Shown: positions 29,104 through 39,740, counted from the stretch's first letter. The stretch: 64,000 nucleotides of DNA from an uncultured Candidatus Saccharibacteria bacterium (GCA_964479945.1 CAYZNS010000001.1:11493-75492); one strand, 5' to 3'. Numbers and translations: made by a program. Notes: generated by a model from the letters alone, not told the origin.

Positions 29104-30302
29104 CATTTGTATTTCTTCAAAAACCTCCTAAAAACTTCTTCCATATACCCAATCTGCTTAGCGTCAAGCCCCTGATGACATCCCACCACGAATCCGCCGC
29201 GCATTACGTGTTCGGTAGCTGGATACTCTTTTACCGCTTTTTTATGCTGGATAGTTTGAAACGCCGGCTGGCGCAGAATATTTCCGGTAAAGATGGGGCG
29301 CGTCTGTATATCGTTTTTTTCAAGATAGGCGCAAATATCCCGCCGCGAAAACGGCGCTTCATCACGGATGGTAAGTGGAAACGCGAGCCAGTTTGTTACA
29401 ACACCGGGCATAGTTTCCGGCAGCAGGAAAAAATTGCGATATTTTTCAAAAAAATCCCGGAGACGCGAAAAGTTTTTCCGGCGCGTTTCAGAAAACTTTG
29501 GCAGGCGGTCCAGTTGTTTGAGCCCGAACGCCGCACTCAATTCAAGCGGCAAAAAATTATATCCCATCTCGCTGAACACAAACTTCGCGTCATACGGAAT
29601 GCCGTCAACCTCCACATCAAACCGCTTTTTTATATTTTCCGATGCGCGCGATTCTCCCAAAAGCGAAGAGGACCGCCCCCAGCCACGCAGTACTTGCGCG
29701 CGACCAGCGAGTGTTCTGTCGTGCGTCATAATCATGCCGCCGCCGCCTGCGCCGTTGATAATATGCGAGCCATAAAAACTTGTTGTTGTAATATCGGAAT
29801 ACGATCCCGTGGGTTTCCCATTTATGCGCGCACCAAGCGTATCGCAAGAATCTTCCACCAAAATTAGCTTATGCGCGTCGGCTATGTTGCGCAAACGCGG
29901 AAGATCGGGGACATTCCCCAGAAGCGAGGGCACCATGAGCGCGCGCGTTTTTTTGGTAATGGCTTTTTCTGCCTGATCAATATTCAAAAGATATGTTCCT
30001 GGCACCACGTCCACAAACATGGGGGTAAGCCGATGCTGCACCAGCGGCCCCACCACCGTGCTGAACGTAAGCGATGGCGTAATTACCTCCGACCCTTCCG
30101 GAAGATTCATGAGTTCCACGACAAGTATGTTTGCCGAGGAGCCGGAGTTTACCATCACGCCGTATTTCTTGCCAAACAGCCGCGCAATGCGCCGTTCAAA
30201 TTCGGCGGTTTTTGCGCCCACGGCCGTATTCCCGCGCAACACGTCGACTACCGCATCTATCTCCGGCTTACCATGGACTGATTGTGCATAAGGCACACGC
30301 AT
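29103..30302 (-). CDS. DegT/DnrJ/EryC1/StrS-family PLP-dependent sugar aminotransferase
   Basis: Family N-terminus KPEIDAVVDVLRGNTAVGAKTAEFERRIARLFGKKYGVMVNSGSSANIL plus a C-terminal extension. Confidence 0.85.
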   Translation of the reverse strand: MRVPYAQSVHGKPEIDAVVDVLRGNTAVGAKTAEFERRIARLFGKKYGVMVNSGSSANILVVELMNLPEGSEVITPSLTFSTVVGPLVQHRLTPMFVDVVPGTYLLNIDQAEKAITKKTRALMVPSLLGNVPDLPRLRNIADAHKLILVEDSCDTLGARINGKPTGSYSDITTTSFYGSHIINGAGGGGMIMTHDRTLAGRAQVLRGWGRSSSLLGESRASENIKKRFDVEVDGIPYDAKFVFSEMGYNFLPLELSAAFGLKQLDRLPKFSETRRKNFSRLRDFFEKYRNFFLLPETMPGVVTNWLAFPLTIRDEAPFSRRDICAYLEKNDIQTRPIFTGNILRQPAFQTIQHKKAVKEYPATEHVMRGGFVVGCHQGLDAKQIGYMEEVFRRFLKKYK

Positions 30303-30420
30303 GCAATAAAACTCTAAATTCCAAACCCTAAACTCTAAACAAGTTCCAAACTCAAAATTTTAAACCCAAAACGCTTTGAACTTTAAGCTTTGAGTTTGTT
30401 TAGAGTTTAGGGTTTATTTC
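30303..30420. terminator. same class (CCCTAAACTCTAAACAAGTTCCAAACTCAAAATTTTAAACCCAAAACGCTTTGAAC ... GCTTTGAGTTTGTTTAGAGTTTAGGG)
   Basis: Lies between the transketolase and DegT genes. Has the longest arms (about 17-nt near-perfect CCCTAAACTCTAAACAA / TTGTTTAGAGTTTAGGG). Confidence 0.55.
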
Positions 30421-30432
30421 AGTTCCTCTACT

Positions 30433-31365
30433 CTACCTTTTTTTAAACGTTTGTAAAATGCGCCCTGCAATCTGTTCCGGTAAAAGGCCGTGCTGTCGTC
30501 TGAGATATTCTTGCGATCCGGCTCGGAACGTAAATACGTCATGGACGCCGAAGCGCATAAAATTCTCAACCGTACCATTGTTCTCGGCCAGCACTTCGGC
30601 GACCGCAGAGCCCAGTCCACCGATAATGGAATGCTCTTCCAACGTTGCCGCAACGCGCGCGCCGTTCGCATAACTCACAATCCCCGCAATGTCCAACGGC
30701 TTTACAGTCGGCACGGAGACAACCGCAGCTTTGACGCCTTTGTTCCGCAATAGCGCCGCGGTATCAACCGCCGTACGCACCATATTCCCTGTGCCAAACA
30801 GCGTACACTCGCTCCCGGCGCCGCCCTCCACCGGAATTATCTTGCCAAGTGAAAACGAAACACGTCCGGTGTGCACCTCCGGCTCACCCTTTTTCCCTAT
30901 CCGCAGATACGCCGGCCCCTTCATGCGCGCAAGCGCTTTTGTTGCCGCGCGGGTCTCTGCCGGATCCCCCGGACACACAACTGTCATACCGGGAATACTC
31001 CGCATGATTGCTATATCCTCTATGGCGTGATGCGTAGGACCCAGCTGCCCAAATCCAAAACCAGCGCCAACCCCCACAATTATGACGCCTGCTTTTTGCA
31101 TGGCAACATCAACACGGATCTGTTCAAAACAACGCATGGTTGCGAAAGGGGCCAACGTATAGAAAAAAACTCGATATCCAGAAAGCGCAAGGCCGGCCGC
31201 AATGCCCACGGAACTTTGTTCCGTAACACCTGTATTCATAAACCTTTCAGAAAATTCATTCTGTAATTCTTCAAAAACAGAAAAGCCCATGTCAGCGGTA
31301 ATAAGCACAACATCATCCCTTCCCCGCATTAATTCAGTTACAGTTTCTACAAAAGCAGTTCTCAT
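30433..31365 (-). CDS. transketolase C-terminal (pyrimidine-binding / C-domain) subunit
   Basis: Split-transketolase B subunit signatures (FVETVTEL...DVVLITADMG, IDVAMQKAGVIIVGVGAGFGFGQLGPTHH). Overlaps the A subunit by 4 nt. Confidence 0.8.
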   Translation of the reverse strand: MRTAFVETVTELMRGRDDVVLITADMGFSVFEELQNEFSERFMNTGVTEQSSVGIAAGLALSGYRVFFYTLAPFATMRCFEQIRVDVAMQKAGVIIVGVGAGFGFGQLGPTHHAIEDIAIMRSIPGMTVVCPGDPAETRAATKALARMKGPAYLRIGKKGEPEVHTGRVSFSLGKIIPVEGGAGSECTLFGTGNMVRTAVDTAALLRNKGVKAAVVSVPTVKPLDIAGIVSYANGARVAATLEEHSIIGGLGSAVAEVLAENNGTVENFMRFGVHDVFTFRAGSQEYLRRQHGLLPEQIAGRILQTFKKR

Positions 31366-32156
31366 AACTCTTTCTCCGCTATGGCGATTTCGGCTTCACC
31401 CGGAGTTTGATAATGCCACTCATTCTTACCTTCCATCACAGAAAGACCTTTCCCTTTTATAGTATGCGCTATAATAACATTCGGTTTTCCCTTTCGTAAT
31501 TTTTTAAAAGCATCGCGTATCTCATTGAAATTGTGCCCATCAATGCTTTGAACACTCCATCGAAACGCCTCCCACTTTTGTGGAAATGGCTCGAGATCAA
31601 GAATATCCTCAACACGACCAAAACTTTGAAATTTATTATAGTCTACAATTGCAATCAAGTTATCCAACTTATAATGGCCTGCCTGAAGAATTGCTTCCCA
31701 AACGGAACCCTCGTCACATTCTCCGTCGCTTAACAATACAACTACTCTGCCAGGATTTTGCTGTAATCGATTTGCAAGCGCCATTCCTACGCCTATGGGC
31801 AATCCGTGACCCATTGAACACGTGGTTGCCTCCACGCCTGGTATGGTGCGCGTGGCAGCTCCCATAAAAGGACTTCCATCCTTACAGTATGTATCGAGCA
31901 ACTCTTTTTTGAAAAATCCCTTACGCGCAAGGACGGCATAGAGCGTAGAAATTCCCCACCCCTTGCTTAAAATAAATTTATCACGATCGGCTTGAAACGA
32001 AAAATCCACACGCAAAAAATCCTCGTATAAATAAACGAGTAACTCAACTATGGAGTATGAAGATGCGATATGCATCGCCCGGGCAGACACAATCATGTCA
32101 AGAACATCTTTCCGAATTTCTCGCGCCTCTGTTTTCAGTTTTTTCACAGATACCAT
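31362..32156 (-). CDS. transketolase N-terminal (TPP-binding) subunit
   Basis: TPP-binding fold, GDGECDEGSVWEA motif (GDG-x-E-G). Confidence 0.8.
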   Translation of the reverse strand: MVSVKKLKTEAREIRKDVLDMIVSARAMHIASSYSIVELLVYLYEDFLRVDFSFQADRDKFILSKGWGISTLYAVLARKGFFKKELLDTYCKDGSPFMGAATRTIPGVEATTCSMGHGLPIGVGMALANRLQQNPGRVVVLLSDGECDEGSVWEAILQAGHYKLDNLIAIVDYNKFQSFGRVEDILDLEPFPQKWEAFRWSVQSIDGHNFNEIRDAFKKLRKGKPNVIIAHTIKGKGLSVMEGKNEWHYQTPGEAEIAIAEKEL

Positions 32157-32171
32157 AAAACGTAAAAAAAC

Positions 32172-33122
32172 TCACCTATTATAAAGATGGATATTCTTGT
32201 CGTACCAAGTGTAAGTTTTCAAAAGGCCTTCTTCAAGGGTATGTGCAGGTTGCCATTTCAATTCTTCTCGCGCTTTAGAGATGTCAGCAATCCAATTTAC
32301 TGCTGCATTATAAGTTCTTTTTTTATCTTCGGACCCCCACTGGAGAGGAACTTTTATGCCCGCCATTGCAGATGCGCGCGTTACCACATCCTCCACCGCG
32401 TAATCTATGCCGCTGCCAACATTAAAAATGGAGCCCGGCACCTGCGGTTGATTTGCAGCGCTCTGTAAAGCTGAAACTACATCCTCAACATAAATAAAGT
32501 CGCGTCGAGAATCTCGGGAGGCAAGCCGGAGCGTTTCTTTTTTAATGAACGCCTGCATTATGTCAGGAATAAGGCGTCCCGACTCCTCGTAGGGACCATA
32601 TACAAGCGTTAATCGTAGAGTGGTAATTGGAAGATTGTGCGCTAACGCATAGTGACACGCAAAAAAAGTTTGCGCGGCTTTTGCAATGCCGTACGGAGTA
32701 TTAGGCTCCAATAAATCAGTTTCTTTCATTGGATGTTTTTTGAAACCATACTCGGAAGTACTGCCTATATTTACAATACTTATTGCAGAATCTGTTTCCC
32801 GAAGCGCCTCAAAGAGCGCAACACTGCCAAGGATATTTGTATGCACAATCGTTTCTATGTCTTTTTGGTACGAATAAGCGCCAAACATAGCAAGATGAAA
32901 AACAACATCAGGCCGAATTTTCAGAATACCCTGGCGTACAGATTCCTTATCCGTTATATCTATATTATATCTCTCAACCGCCTCATCAAATCCTTGAAGG
33001 CGCCACATATCTGATGTTTTGCGCGCAAATATAAAAACGGTATGTTGGCCAGATGCAACAAGCATCCGTATAAGATTCGCTCCTACAAAGCCAGTAGCAC
33101 CAGTTAGAAGTATTTTTTTCAT
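32172..33122 (-). CDS. NAD-dependent epimerase/dehydratase (extended SDR)
   Basis: MKKILLTGATGFVGANLIRML, YGIAKAA (YxxxK). Confidence 0.8.
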   Translation of the reverse strand: MKKILLTGATGFVGANLIRMLVASGQHTVFIFARKTSDMWRLQGFDEAVERYNIDITDKESVRQGILKIRPDVVFHLAMFGAYSYQKDIETIVHTNILGSVALFEALRETDSAISIVNIGSTSEYGFKKHPMKETDLLEPNTPYGIAKAAQTFFACHYALAHNLPITTLRLTLVYGPYEESGRLIPDIMQAFIKKETLRLASRDSRRDFIYVEDVVSALQSAANQPQVPGSIFNVGSGIDYAVEDVVTRASAMAGIKVPLQWGSEDKKRTYNAAVNWIADISKAREELKWQPAHTLEEGLLKTYTWYDKNIHLYNR

Positions 33123-33124
33123 GT

Positions 33125-34072
33125 CTATAAATAAAGATTTCTATTTCTTTTAAACCATTCAACTGTCCGCGCCAGCCCATCATCCAGTGTTGTAGCGGCT
33201 TTCCAGTCCAATATTTTTTTTGCTTTGGACACGTCATAGACGTGTTTTCGCGCAGAGTCCCATCGCCGCTCCTCAACCGCGCCCCATTGCAGCGGCACGG
33301 GAGTGCTCATGCGCCGCTGTACCGTGGTAACAACATCCTTGATAGAATATTCTCTGCCGGCGCCGATATTGATGATTTCTCCCGGCGCGACATCGCATTC
33401 TGCGGCGCGTTCAAACGCATCAAGCGCGTCTTCCACGAATAAAAAATTTTTTCGCGGCTTGGGCGAAGAGAGCTTGAGAGGCGTCTGCTTGAGATGCGCA
33501 AGAATAGACGCCGGCACCAAGCGGCGCGCTTCTTCATACGGCCCGTAAAGCAGCGACGGGCGCACAATGACAATCGGCATTTTATGAAAACGCGCATAGT
33601 ACTGCGCAAACAAGCTCTGCGACGCTTTTGAGGCACCGTACGCATTTGCTGGCCGCAAAAGAGAATACTCCTGCATCCACGCTTCATCGGAATCATACTC
33701 CATAACACTCCCCACATTTACGATACGCTCAACGGAACCACTATAACGAAGCGCCTCCAATAAATATATTGTTCCCAAAATATTGGAAACAACCATCTCT
33801 GTCAATACATTCTGATCAGTAAACAAAGTATGCGGAGGTCCCGCTATATGATACACAATTTCGGGTTGTGCTTTCTTCACGGCGCGCGCAACCGCGCGGG
33901 TATCGGCAAGATTTGCCTTATGCACAGTCAGGCGGGGTAAAATATCACGGATGCGCCAGGCATCCGAACTGGCGCGCATAATTATATGCACATCCGCGCC
34001 GCGCGAAACCAGCCGATGCGCAAGATTGGCGCCGACAAACCCCGTAGCCCCAGTTATAAGAATTTTGGACAT
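33125..34072 (-). CDS. NAD-dependent epimerase/dehydratase (extended SDR)
   Basis: MSKILITGATGFVGANLAHRL, YGASKAS. The longer track ORF (to 34162) runs into the MITE; ATG at 34072 chosen. Confidence 0.8.
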   Translation of the reverse strand: MSKILITGATGFVGANLAHRLVSRGADVHIIMRASSDAWRIRDILPRLTVHKANLADTRAVARAVKKAQPEIVYHIAGPPHTLFTDQNVLTEMVVSNILGTIYLLEALRYSGSVERIVNVGSVMEYDSDEAWMQEYSLLRPANAYGASKASQSLFAQYYARFHKMPIVIVRPSLLYGPYEEARRLVPASILAHLKQTPLKLSSPKPRKNFLFVEDALDAFERAAECDVAPGEIINIGAGREYSIKDVVTTVQRRMSTPVPLQWGAVEERRWDSARKHVYDVSKAKKILDWKAATTLDDGLARTVEWFKRNRNLYL

Positions 34073-34089
34073 ACGAAAAATTAAATTGA

Positions 34090-34247
34090 AAATTATTCTA
34101 ATTACCCTAATTGACCTAATTATTCTAAGGAAATCCCAATGACCGAATGATTTAAATCCCAAAAGAAACTATATATGTTGATGATTGGGTATTGTGATTT
34201 GGGCATTCCTTAGGTCAATTAGAATAATTAGAGCAATTAGAATAATT
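34090..34247 (-). mobile_element. MITE-like element, copy B (reverse orientation relative to copy A)
   Basis: Reverse complement of copy A with about 90% identity. Keeps the internal ATGACC start-codon remnant of the four-helix-bundle gene. Supplies the TAA stop of rfbG. Confidence 0.7.
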
Positions 34248-35228
34248 TTACTTTGCTGTTTCAAAAAATTCCTTGTACCAATCAATAGTGCGACGAAGCC
34301 CCTCCTCCAGCGTAAATTTCGGCTGCCATCCGAGCATTTCCCGCGCCTTTGCGGCGGACAGATATTGGTGCGGTATCTCGTGCGCCGCAGTTGCCAAAAT
34401 TTGCGGCTGCAAGTTACTACCCATAAGCGCGAGAATCTTATTAGCAAGCTCCAATACCGTAATTTGGTTTTCGTTGCTAAAATTAAACGCGTGGCCATGT
34501 ATGCGCTCATCGTCCATGCGCTCCGCAAGCGTAAGATACGCATGCGCGGCATCTTCAATATAAAAATAATCGCGGACCATACTGCCATCCGAGCGCAGAA
34601 CGGGCGGTATTCCATGTACTACAGACCGGATAGTGCCGGGCACAATGCGGTTGAAATTAAGATCTCCCCCGCCGTAAAAATTACCGCAACGCGTAATCGC
34701 TACCGGCAATTTATAGGTATTAAAATACGTATGCGCAATAAGATCCGCGGCACTCTTGGAAACATCGTACGGGTGGCTACCTTGCAGAGGCGCGGCTTCA
34801 CTGTACGGTAGCTCTTTATGCACGCCGTATGCTTTATCGGAAGACGCCACCACCACACGCTTTACCAGCGGGCTCCGGCGCGCGGCTTCCAGAACATTCC
34901 AGGTCCCTTTGATGTTTGATTCAAACGTGGAGAGGGGGTTCCTGTTTGCAATCTCAACAATTGTCTGCGCGCCGAGATGAAACATTGTGTCAATTTCATA
35001 TTCCCCCAATGCGCGTTCAAGTACCGGATAATCCTCCAAAGCGCCCCGCACAATAGTAACTTTGTGAATATAACCGGAACGAAACAGTTGCGCGTTTGGC
35101 ACAATATCACGAACAAGCACGGTAACATTTGCTTCCGCGTTCACAAGCGACTTTGTAAGCCACGAGCCCAACAAGCCGCTTGCCCCTGTAACAAAAACGT
35201 TTTTATGCTTCCAATACGCCGGAATCAT
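34248..35228 (-). CDS. rfbG: CDP-glucose 4,6-dehydratase
   Basis: [23 protein letters not shown] matches the RfbG N-terminus; extended SDR fold. Confidence 0.8.
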   Translation of the reverse strand: MIPAYWKHKNVFVTGASGLLGSWLTKSLVNAEANVTVLVRDIVPNAQLFRSGYIHKVTIVRGALEDYPVLERALGEYEIDTMFHLGAQTIVEIANRNPLSTFESNIKGTWNVLEAARRSPLVKRVVVASSDKAYGVHKELPYSEAAPLQGSHPYDVSKSAADLIAHTYFNTYKLPVAITRCGNFYGGGDLNFNRIVPGTIRSVVHGIPPVLRSDGSMVRDYFYIEDAAHAYLTLAERMDDERIHGHAFNFSNENQITVLELANKILALMGSNLQPQILATAAHEIPHQYLSAAKAREMLGWQPKFTLEEGLRRTIDWYKEFFETAK

Positions 35229-35308
35229 GCGTAAATTATCATACAACAAGATTTGCAATATCACAACCTTCTTTGGCTATTTTCTCGGGTAGAAAAAAAT
35301 GCTAAAAT

Positions 35309-36079
35309 GTGTGTTATCTTTATAGCATGAATTATATGGAGCAAAAGAAACAAGGAAAAGCGGTGGGAGTCATCTTGACTTACAATTGTGCGCACCTGGT
35401 TGAAGGTCTTATACGAAGAATACCCCGAGACGCGCTTGATGAAATCATCATAGTTGACGACAGCACCCGGGATCAAAATGAAACCGGCGCCATTGCCGCC
35501 AAGTATGACATACCATTTTTCCCCCAGCACTGCGTAGGGTACGGTGGAAATTTGAAATACGGGTTACGCAAAGCGATAGAGAGGGGGGCGGCTTTCGCCA
35601 TTGAAATTCACGGAGACGGGCAATTTGACCCGTCCGGCATTCCTTTAACTGTTGAGAAACTCCGCGGCGGAGCTGATTTTGTTATGGGATCGCGGTTCAC
35701 AAACTGGAAACAGCCATTGCGAGACGGAATGCCGCTTATCCGGTTTATAGCTAATATAATGTTAAGCACGATAGCGCGCACGGTCTTGCGCATACCGTGG
35801 TCAGAGTACCACAGCGGGTTCCGCGCCTACAGCGGGCGGCTTATCAACGCGGTTGGCAATAAAGGAGCGGACAACCACATTTTCAGCTTTCAGATAATTG
35901 CCCTGGCGCGTTTTCATAACATGAAATTCGATGAAATTCCAATACGCGCCAATTACAGAGACGAACACACGTCGGTTGGCCTGCCGGAGGCGGCCGTTTA
36001 CTTTTTTCAGGTTTTCATAGTACTATCCCAATACGTACTGGCACGTCTGGGAGCCAAAAGCGACCTGTTTAAAGAATAA
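35309..36079 (+). CDS. GT2 glycosyltransferase
   Basis: VGVILTYNCAHLV...EIIIVDDSTRD (GT-A fold DxD region). Confidence 0.75.
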   Translation: MCYLYSMNYMEQKKQGKAVGVILTYNCAHLVEGLIRRIPRDALDEIIIVDDSTRDQNETGAIAAKYDIPFFPQHCVGYGGNLKYGLRKAIERGAAFAIEIHGDGQFDPSGIPLTVEKLRGGADFVMGSRFTNWKQPLRDGMPLIRFIANIMLSTIARTVLRIPWSEYHSGFRAYSGRLINAVGNKGADNHIFSFQIIALARFHNMKFDEIPIRANYRDEHTSVGLPEAAVYFFQVFIVLSQYVLARLGAKSDLFKE

Positions 36080-36085
36080 CACCTC

Positions 36086-37378
36086 ATGATAACTTACAAA
36101 ACATGCAGAGTCTGCAGCAATCCCCATCTTGATTTCTCCGGACATTTGGGCAATCTTCCTCAAATCAATTATTGCTCAAAAAGCGAAAACGAGGCGAAAC
36201 AGCTCAAAAAACTACCCATAAACCTGTATTTCTGCGAGCATTGCTATCATTTTCAATTAGGCGAATCATTTGAACCGGAAGAAACGTTCCGGACGTATTC
36301 CTACGCCACGCAATATACGCCGTCCATCAAAAAGCACGGCGAACGTGTTGTCGGTTGGTTCCACCAGAAATATTCCATGGGAGGGAAAGATTTCGTGGTG
36401 GAACTTGCTTCAAGCGACGGAGCAATATTACATTCATTTATAATAAATGGTTTTCAAAACGTGCTTGGCATTGAGCCTGCAAGAAACATAGCGCGCATCG
36501 CGCAAAAAAACGGCATAAAAACAGAAACGGGGTTCTTCTCGCGCGAATATGCGCGTAAAACAATACGCAAACATGGCTACGCCGACTTTGTGCTTGCGCG
36601 TAATGTCTTGGCACACGTACCAGAAACGGTTGATTTCTTGCAGGGGGTGCGCGATCTTCTCAAGCCAGACGGCATTTTTTGCGTAGAGACGCCTTATGGA
36701 CGAAACCTTATAGATTATACGGAATTTGACAGCGTCTATCACGAGCACCTTTCCTACTATCTTGTATCTACCCTCAAATACCTTATGGGAAGAGCAGGTC
36801 TTGAGATCGTAGATATTGAAGAAACAAACATCCATACCGGAAGCATTGCTGTTTTTGCAAAACGAACAGAATCATCACGCCCCGTCTCCCCGCGCATAAA
36901 CAACTTTCTGGAAGAAGAAAGTAAAAACGGATATTTCAAAAAGGACACCTACCGCACGTTTGTCGCAACGGCAAAAAAGCATATAAAAAGCATCCAATTA
37001 TATGTTTCCGCGCTTGCAAAACAAGGTAAACCGCTTATCGGCTATGGTGCAGCCGCAAAAGCAAACGTCATAATAAATCTTGCCGGCATTAATTCTTCCC
37101 TTATGAACGTTATCGTAGACCGCAACCCCATTAAACACAATACATGGGCACCGGGTTCCGGCATACCAATAAAACCATCACAAGAAATACATGAAATAAA
37201 TCCGGAACACATTATTCTTTTTGCGTGGAATTTCGCTGATGAAATACTGCAAGAAAACGGGCACTTACTCCGAGTGGGAAAGAAATTTCACGTCCTTATT
37301 CCAAAACCCATGCGTATCACGCCGGAAATTATACAAAAGAAAGGAAGTTTCAAATTCTATCGGTCTCTTGAGACATAA
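36086..37378 (+). CDS. NDP-hexose C-methyltransferase (Zn-ribbon, class I SAM methyltransferase, C-methyltransferase C-domain)
   Basis: CRVCSN...CEHCYHFQ zinc-ribbon and VVELASSDG SAM motif. Architecture matches TylC3/NovU-type sugar 3-C-methyltransferases. Confidence 0.8.
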   Translation: MITYKTCRVCSNPHLDFSGHLGNLPQINYCSKSENEAKQLKKLPINLYFCEHCYHFQLGESFEPEETFRTYSYATQYTPSIKKHGERVVGWFHQKYSMGGKDFVVELASSDGAILHSFIINGFQNVLGIEPARNIARIAQKNGIKTETGFFSREYARKTIRKHGYADFVLARNVLAHVPETVDFLQGVRDLLKPDGIFCVETPYGRNLIDYTEFDSVYHEHLSYYLVSTLKYLMGRAGLEIVDIEETNIHTGSIAVFAKRTESSRPVSPRINNFLEEESKNGYFKKDTYRTFVATAKKHIKSIQLYVSALAKQGKPLIGYGAAAKANVIINLAGINSSLMNVIVDRNPIKHNTWAPGSGIPIKPSQEIHEINPEHIILFAWNFADEILQENGHLLRVGKKFHVLIPKPMRITPEIIQKKGSFKFYRSLET

Positions 37379-38714
37379 AATATGTTCGAAGCACCAAAAA
37401 TCCGTGCACTGCTGCAATGAATATGAATGGGCTTACACTGAACCGGTATCGGGCATTTGCATTTGGCCCGCCAGCTATCAATACCGTAACAGCAATGATT
37501 AGGAGGCAGAGCACGATAATGTTGGGCCGTGCGAGCGAGGACAAGTGGAAGCCGCCTACACTTACTATCATGCCCGCCGTAATAACAACCCAAGCGCTCC
37601 CGCCAATAAGCATCAAAGCCGATGATAATCCGTTGTGAGCAAACGCGTCGTATATGCCTCTCGCATCGCGCGCAAGCAACAGATTACCGATGTTAGATTG
37701 TTCTTCTGCAACATAACCCATACGCCGCGCTATATCGCGAAGCCCATCTGAAAAGAAAAACGGGAGCGATTTTACGGCATGAAAGTACGCATAACCGAAG
37801 GGGTCTTCAAAAAGAAACTCGCGTACAACCTGTCCCATATAAGGCGTGTTGCGGAGCGTGCCCGCGTCACTTTTATGCGGATTAATTTCTAAAAGCCGCT
37901 TTTGAAATACCTCATATGCCTCTGCATGCGAAATGCTGTGCTTATACGCGTAGTACAGCGGCGCTGATTGTTGAAACCATTGCGTTCCCGCGACAGCAGT
38001 AAGCGACCACGAGTCAAAAAGCAGCTTATTGCGCAGCATCCACGGAAACACGACGAGAGAAAATCCAAAACATATAACAAGCATGCGCGCAGTCACCCAT
38101 CGCGCGCGCCGCGCCGAATATATCCACATACCCAGCATAAAAACCGGAAGTACTACCAGGGCAGTAGGGCGCGCAAGCGTAGTAATGCCCAATATAACCC
38201 CGCTCAGGAAAATCGTACTCACAGAGCCATCGAAAAACTTCGCGTACACATATACGCTGCTAAGCAGCAAAAAAATAAAAAGCGTCTCGGTAAGTATGGT
38301 TGTGGAGTAAAAAATGCCAATCGGGTCCATGGCAAAAAGCAACGCGGCGCCTGTGCCAACTCGCAAGGAAACCATACTGCCGATCTTCCACAATAACACG
38401 CTGGAAAATCCTGCTACTATCGCTTGCAATAATACTGCATATCGCAGATTGTCGGTTAGGGCAATCACACCCGCAAGAAATACCGGATATGCCGGCAAAA
38501 CATAACTTTGAGGCTCCGATGCGCCAGGAGACGCAAATGTGCCATCTTTCAGCAACACCTGCGCGACGCCGACATACCCCCCGGAATCGCCACCGATAAC
38601 AGGATAACGATCCATCACGCCGCGCGACTCCGCAACCTCTGAAAGCGCGCCAAAAGCCAGTACGCGCAACGCGACGGTAATAAGAAAAATAACAATGCCG
38701 AATTTTGAATTCAT
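37350..38714 (-). CDS. GT39/GT83-like polytopic glycosyltransferase (PMT_2 / ArnT-like)
   Basis: About 12 TM helices; N-terminal region with PVIGGDSGGY loop typical of GT-C family 39 enzymes. Confidence 0.65.
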   Translation of the reverse strand: MNSKFGIVIFLITVALRVLAFGALSEVAESRGVMDRYPVIGGDSGGYVGVAQVLLKDGTFASPGASEPQSYVLPAYPVFLAGVIALTDNLRYAVLLQAIVAGFSSVLLWKIGSMVSLRVGTGAALLFAMDPIGIFYSTTILTETLFIFLLLSSVYVYAKFFDGSVSTIFLSGVILGITTLARPTALVVLPVFMLGMWIYSARRARWVTARMLVICFGFSLVVFPWMLRNKLLFDSWSLTAVAGTQWFQQSAPLYYAYKHSISHAEAYEVFQKRLLEINPHKSDAGTLRNTPYMGQVVREFLFEDPFGYAYFHAVKSLPFFFSDGLRDIARRMGYVAEEQSNIGNLLLARDARGIYDAFAHNGLSSALMLIGGSAWVVITAGMIVSVGGFHLSSLARPNIIVLCLLIIAVTVLIAGGPNANARYRFSVSPFIFIAAVHGFLVLRTYFMSQETDRI

Positions 38715-38784
38715 ATTTATAAAACACTATCACAAAAAAAGCGGTTTTTCAATCCTCATAGGACGAACAAACCGCTCCAAATAT

Positions 38785-39378
38785 TTACACCTGCCGAAAG
38801 CCGTACCTGCGCCTGGCATACAGCCAATTGAGAAATGTATACCAAAGGCAAAAGAGTGGCCCATATCCTGCGGCAATGGCCGTTATTGCGTGCAATATGC
38901 GGTACACCCATTTATGCCGCTCTGAACCGAAATACACTCTATAAATCTTCATGTGAAGATTCACGCGTGCCATATAGTGCGCCACCGCGGAATACATGAC
39001 CTGCAAGTACGCCCCCATTTCAGGAGATACAGTAAAAACCTCAATAATGTGATTGGGATGTTTCTCGGCAAGCCGCGCAAATGCCAGCCCGTCGGATGGC
39101 GATCCGGTCGTTTCCGTTCCCTCAATCACAATAGCAGCAGGATTAATGTTCCCGAAAGACACAACATCCGCCATCATAACATTATGAAGCACAAATTGTT
39201 TTGACGGATCGCGCACCACGGAGCGCGGAAAGCTGAATAGGGCCGAATGGCCTTCCTGCTGAAGCGTTTCCATGCGCCAGGCGGCATTCAAAAGCGCCTG
39301 CCGTGACCAAAAATCCGTCCGTGAAGAATCATTCCGATCAAACCCGGACGGAACCCAAAACAATATGTAATCTGCCAA
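38785..39378 (-). CDS. hypothetical protein (TTG start); shares a promoter/RBS module with the gene at 39905-40570
   Basis: Coding-like ORF preceded (minus sense) by TATAAAT ... GGAAAGGAGG then TTG. Confidence 0.4.
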   Translation of the reverse strand: MADYILFWVPSGFDRNDSSRTDFWSRQALLNAAWRMETLQQEGHSALFSFPRSVVRDPSKQFVLHNVMMADVVSFGNINPAAIVIEGTETTGSPSDGLAFARLAEKHPNHIIEVFTVSPEMGAYLQVMYSAVAHYMARVNLHMKIYRVYFGSERHKWVYRILHAITAIAAGYGPLFCLWYTFLNWLYARRRYGFRQV

Positions 39379-39388
39379 AAGAACGTCC

Positions 39389-39428
39389 TCCTTTCCAAAA
39401 TTCTGCCATAATTTATATCACATTCATA
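39389..39428 (-). promoter_or_regulatory. duplicated promoter/RBS module, copy 1 (TGATATAAATTATGGCAGAATTTTGGAAAGGAG)
   Basis: A 40-nt block repeated at 40581-40620 with 2 mismatches, each directly upstream of a minus-strand gene start. Confidence 0.5.
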
Positions 39429-39631
39429 GCCGAATCAGTCGCATAGGAGCCAGGGAGAATGAGAAATTTGAGATCATACTCTTTTCCTACAGCCGCAATA
39501 TTTCGTTGTTGCTGTTCCGTAAGTTTCATGCCTGTATTGTAACACTCACAGCCCCAGAAAACAATGGCCGGCAAAACTATATCTTTCCGCGATAGCAAAA
39601 AGATGTAGAGCCTATCTCAAAAATAATGAGG

Positions 39632-39740
39632 AGCTGAAATGCTTAGATTTCGTAGCGAAAATTGCAAACAAGTGAGGCGGCGTAGCATGCTACGCCAACG
39701 AGCTTTTTGCAATTTGCAGTAGAAATATAAGCATTTCAGC
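39632..39740. repeat. three-level nested palindrome: outer 19-nt arms, middle AAATTGCAAA arms, central perfect 18-nt palindrome GGCGTAGCATGCTACGCC
   Basis: Read directly: GCTGAAATGCTTAGATTTC ... GGCGTAGCATGCTACGCC ... GAAATATAAGCATTTCAGC. Confidence 0.6.

Noticed and set aside
34169-34615. ORFs 34169-34615 (-), 47435-47713 (-) and 43130-43312 (-), and the N-terminal extension of the epimerase ORF (33125-34162), all containing ...RIIRSIRVIRII... or ...ILIALIILIDLRNA... peptides
   Set aside because: These are translation artefacts of the MITE terminal repeats read in different frames. The real gene starts are just outside the element.
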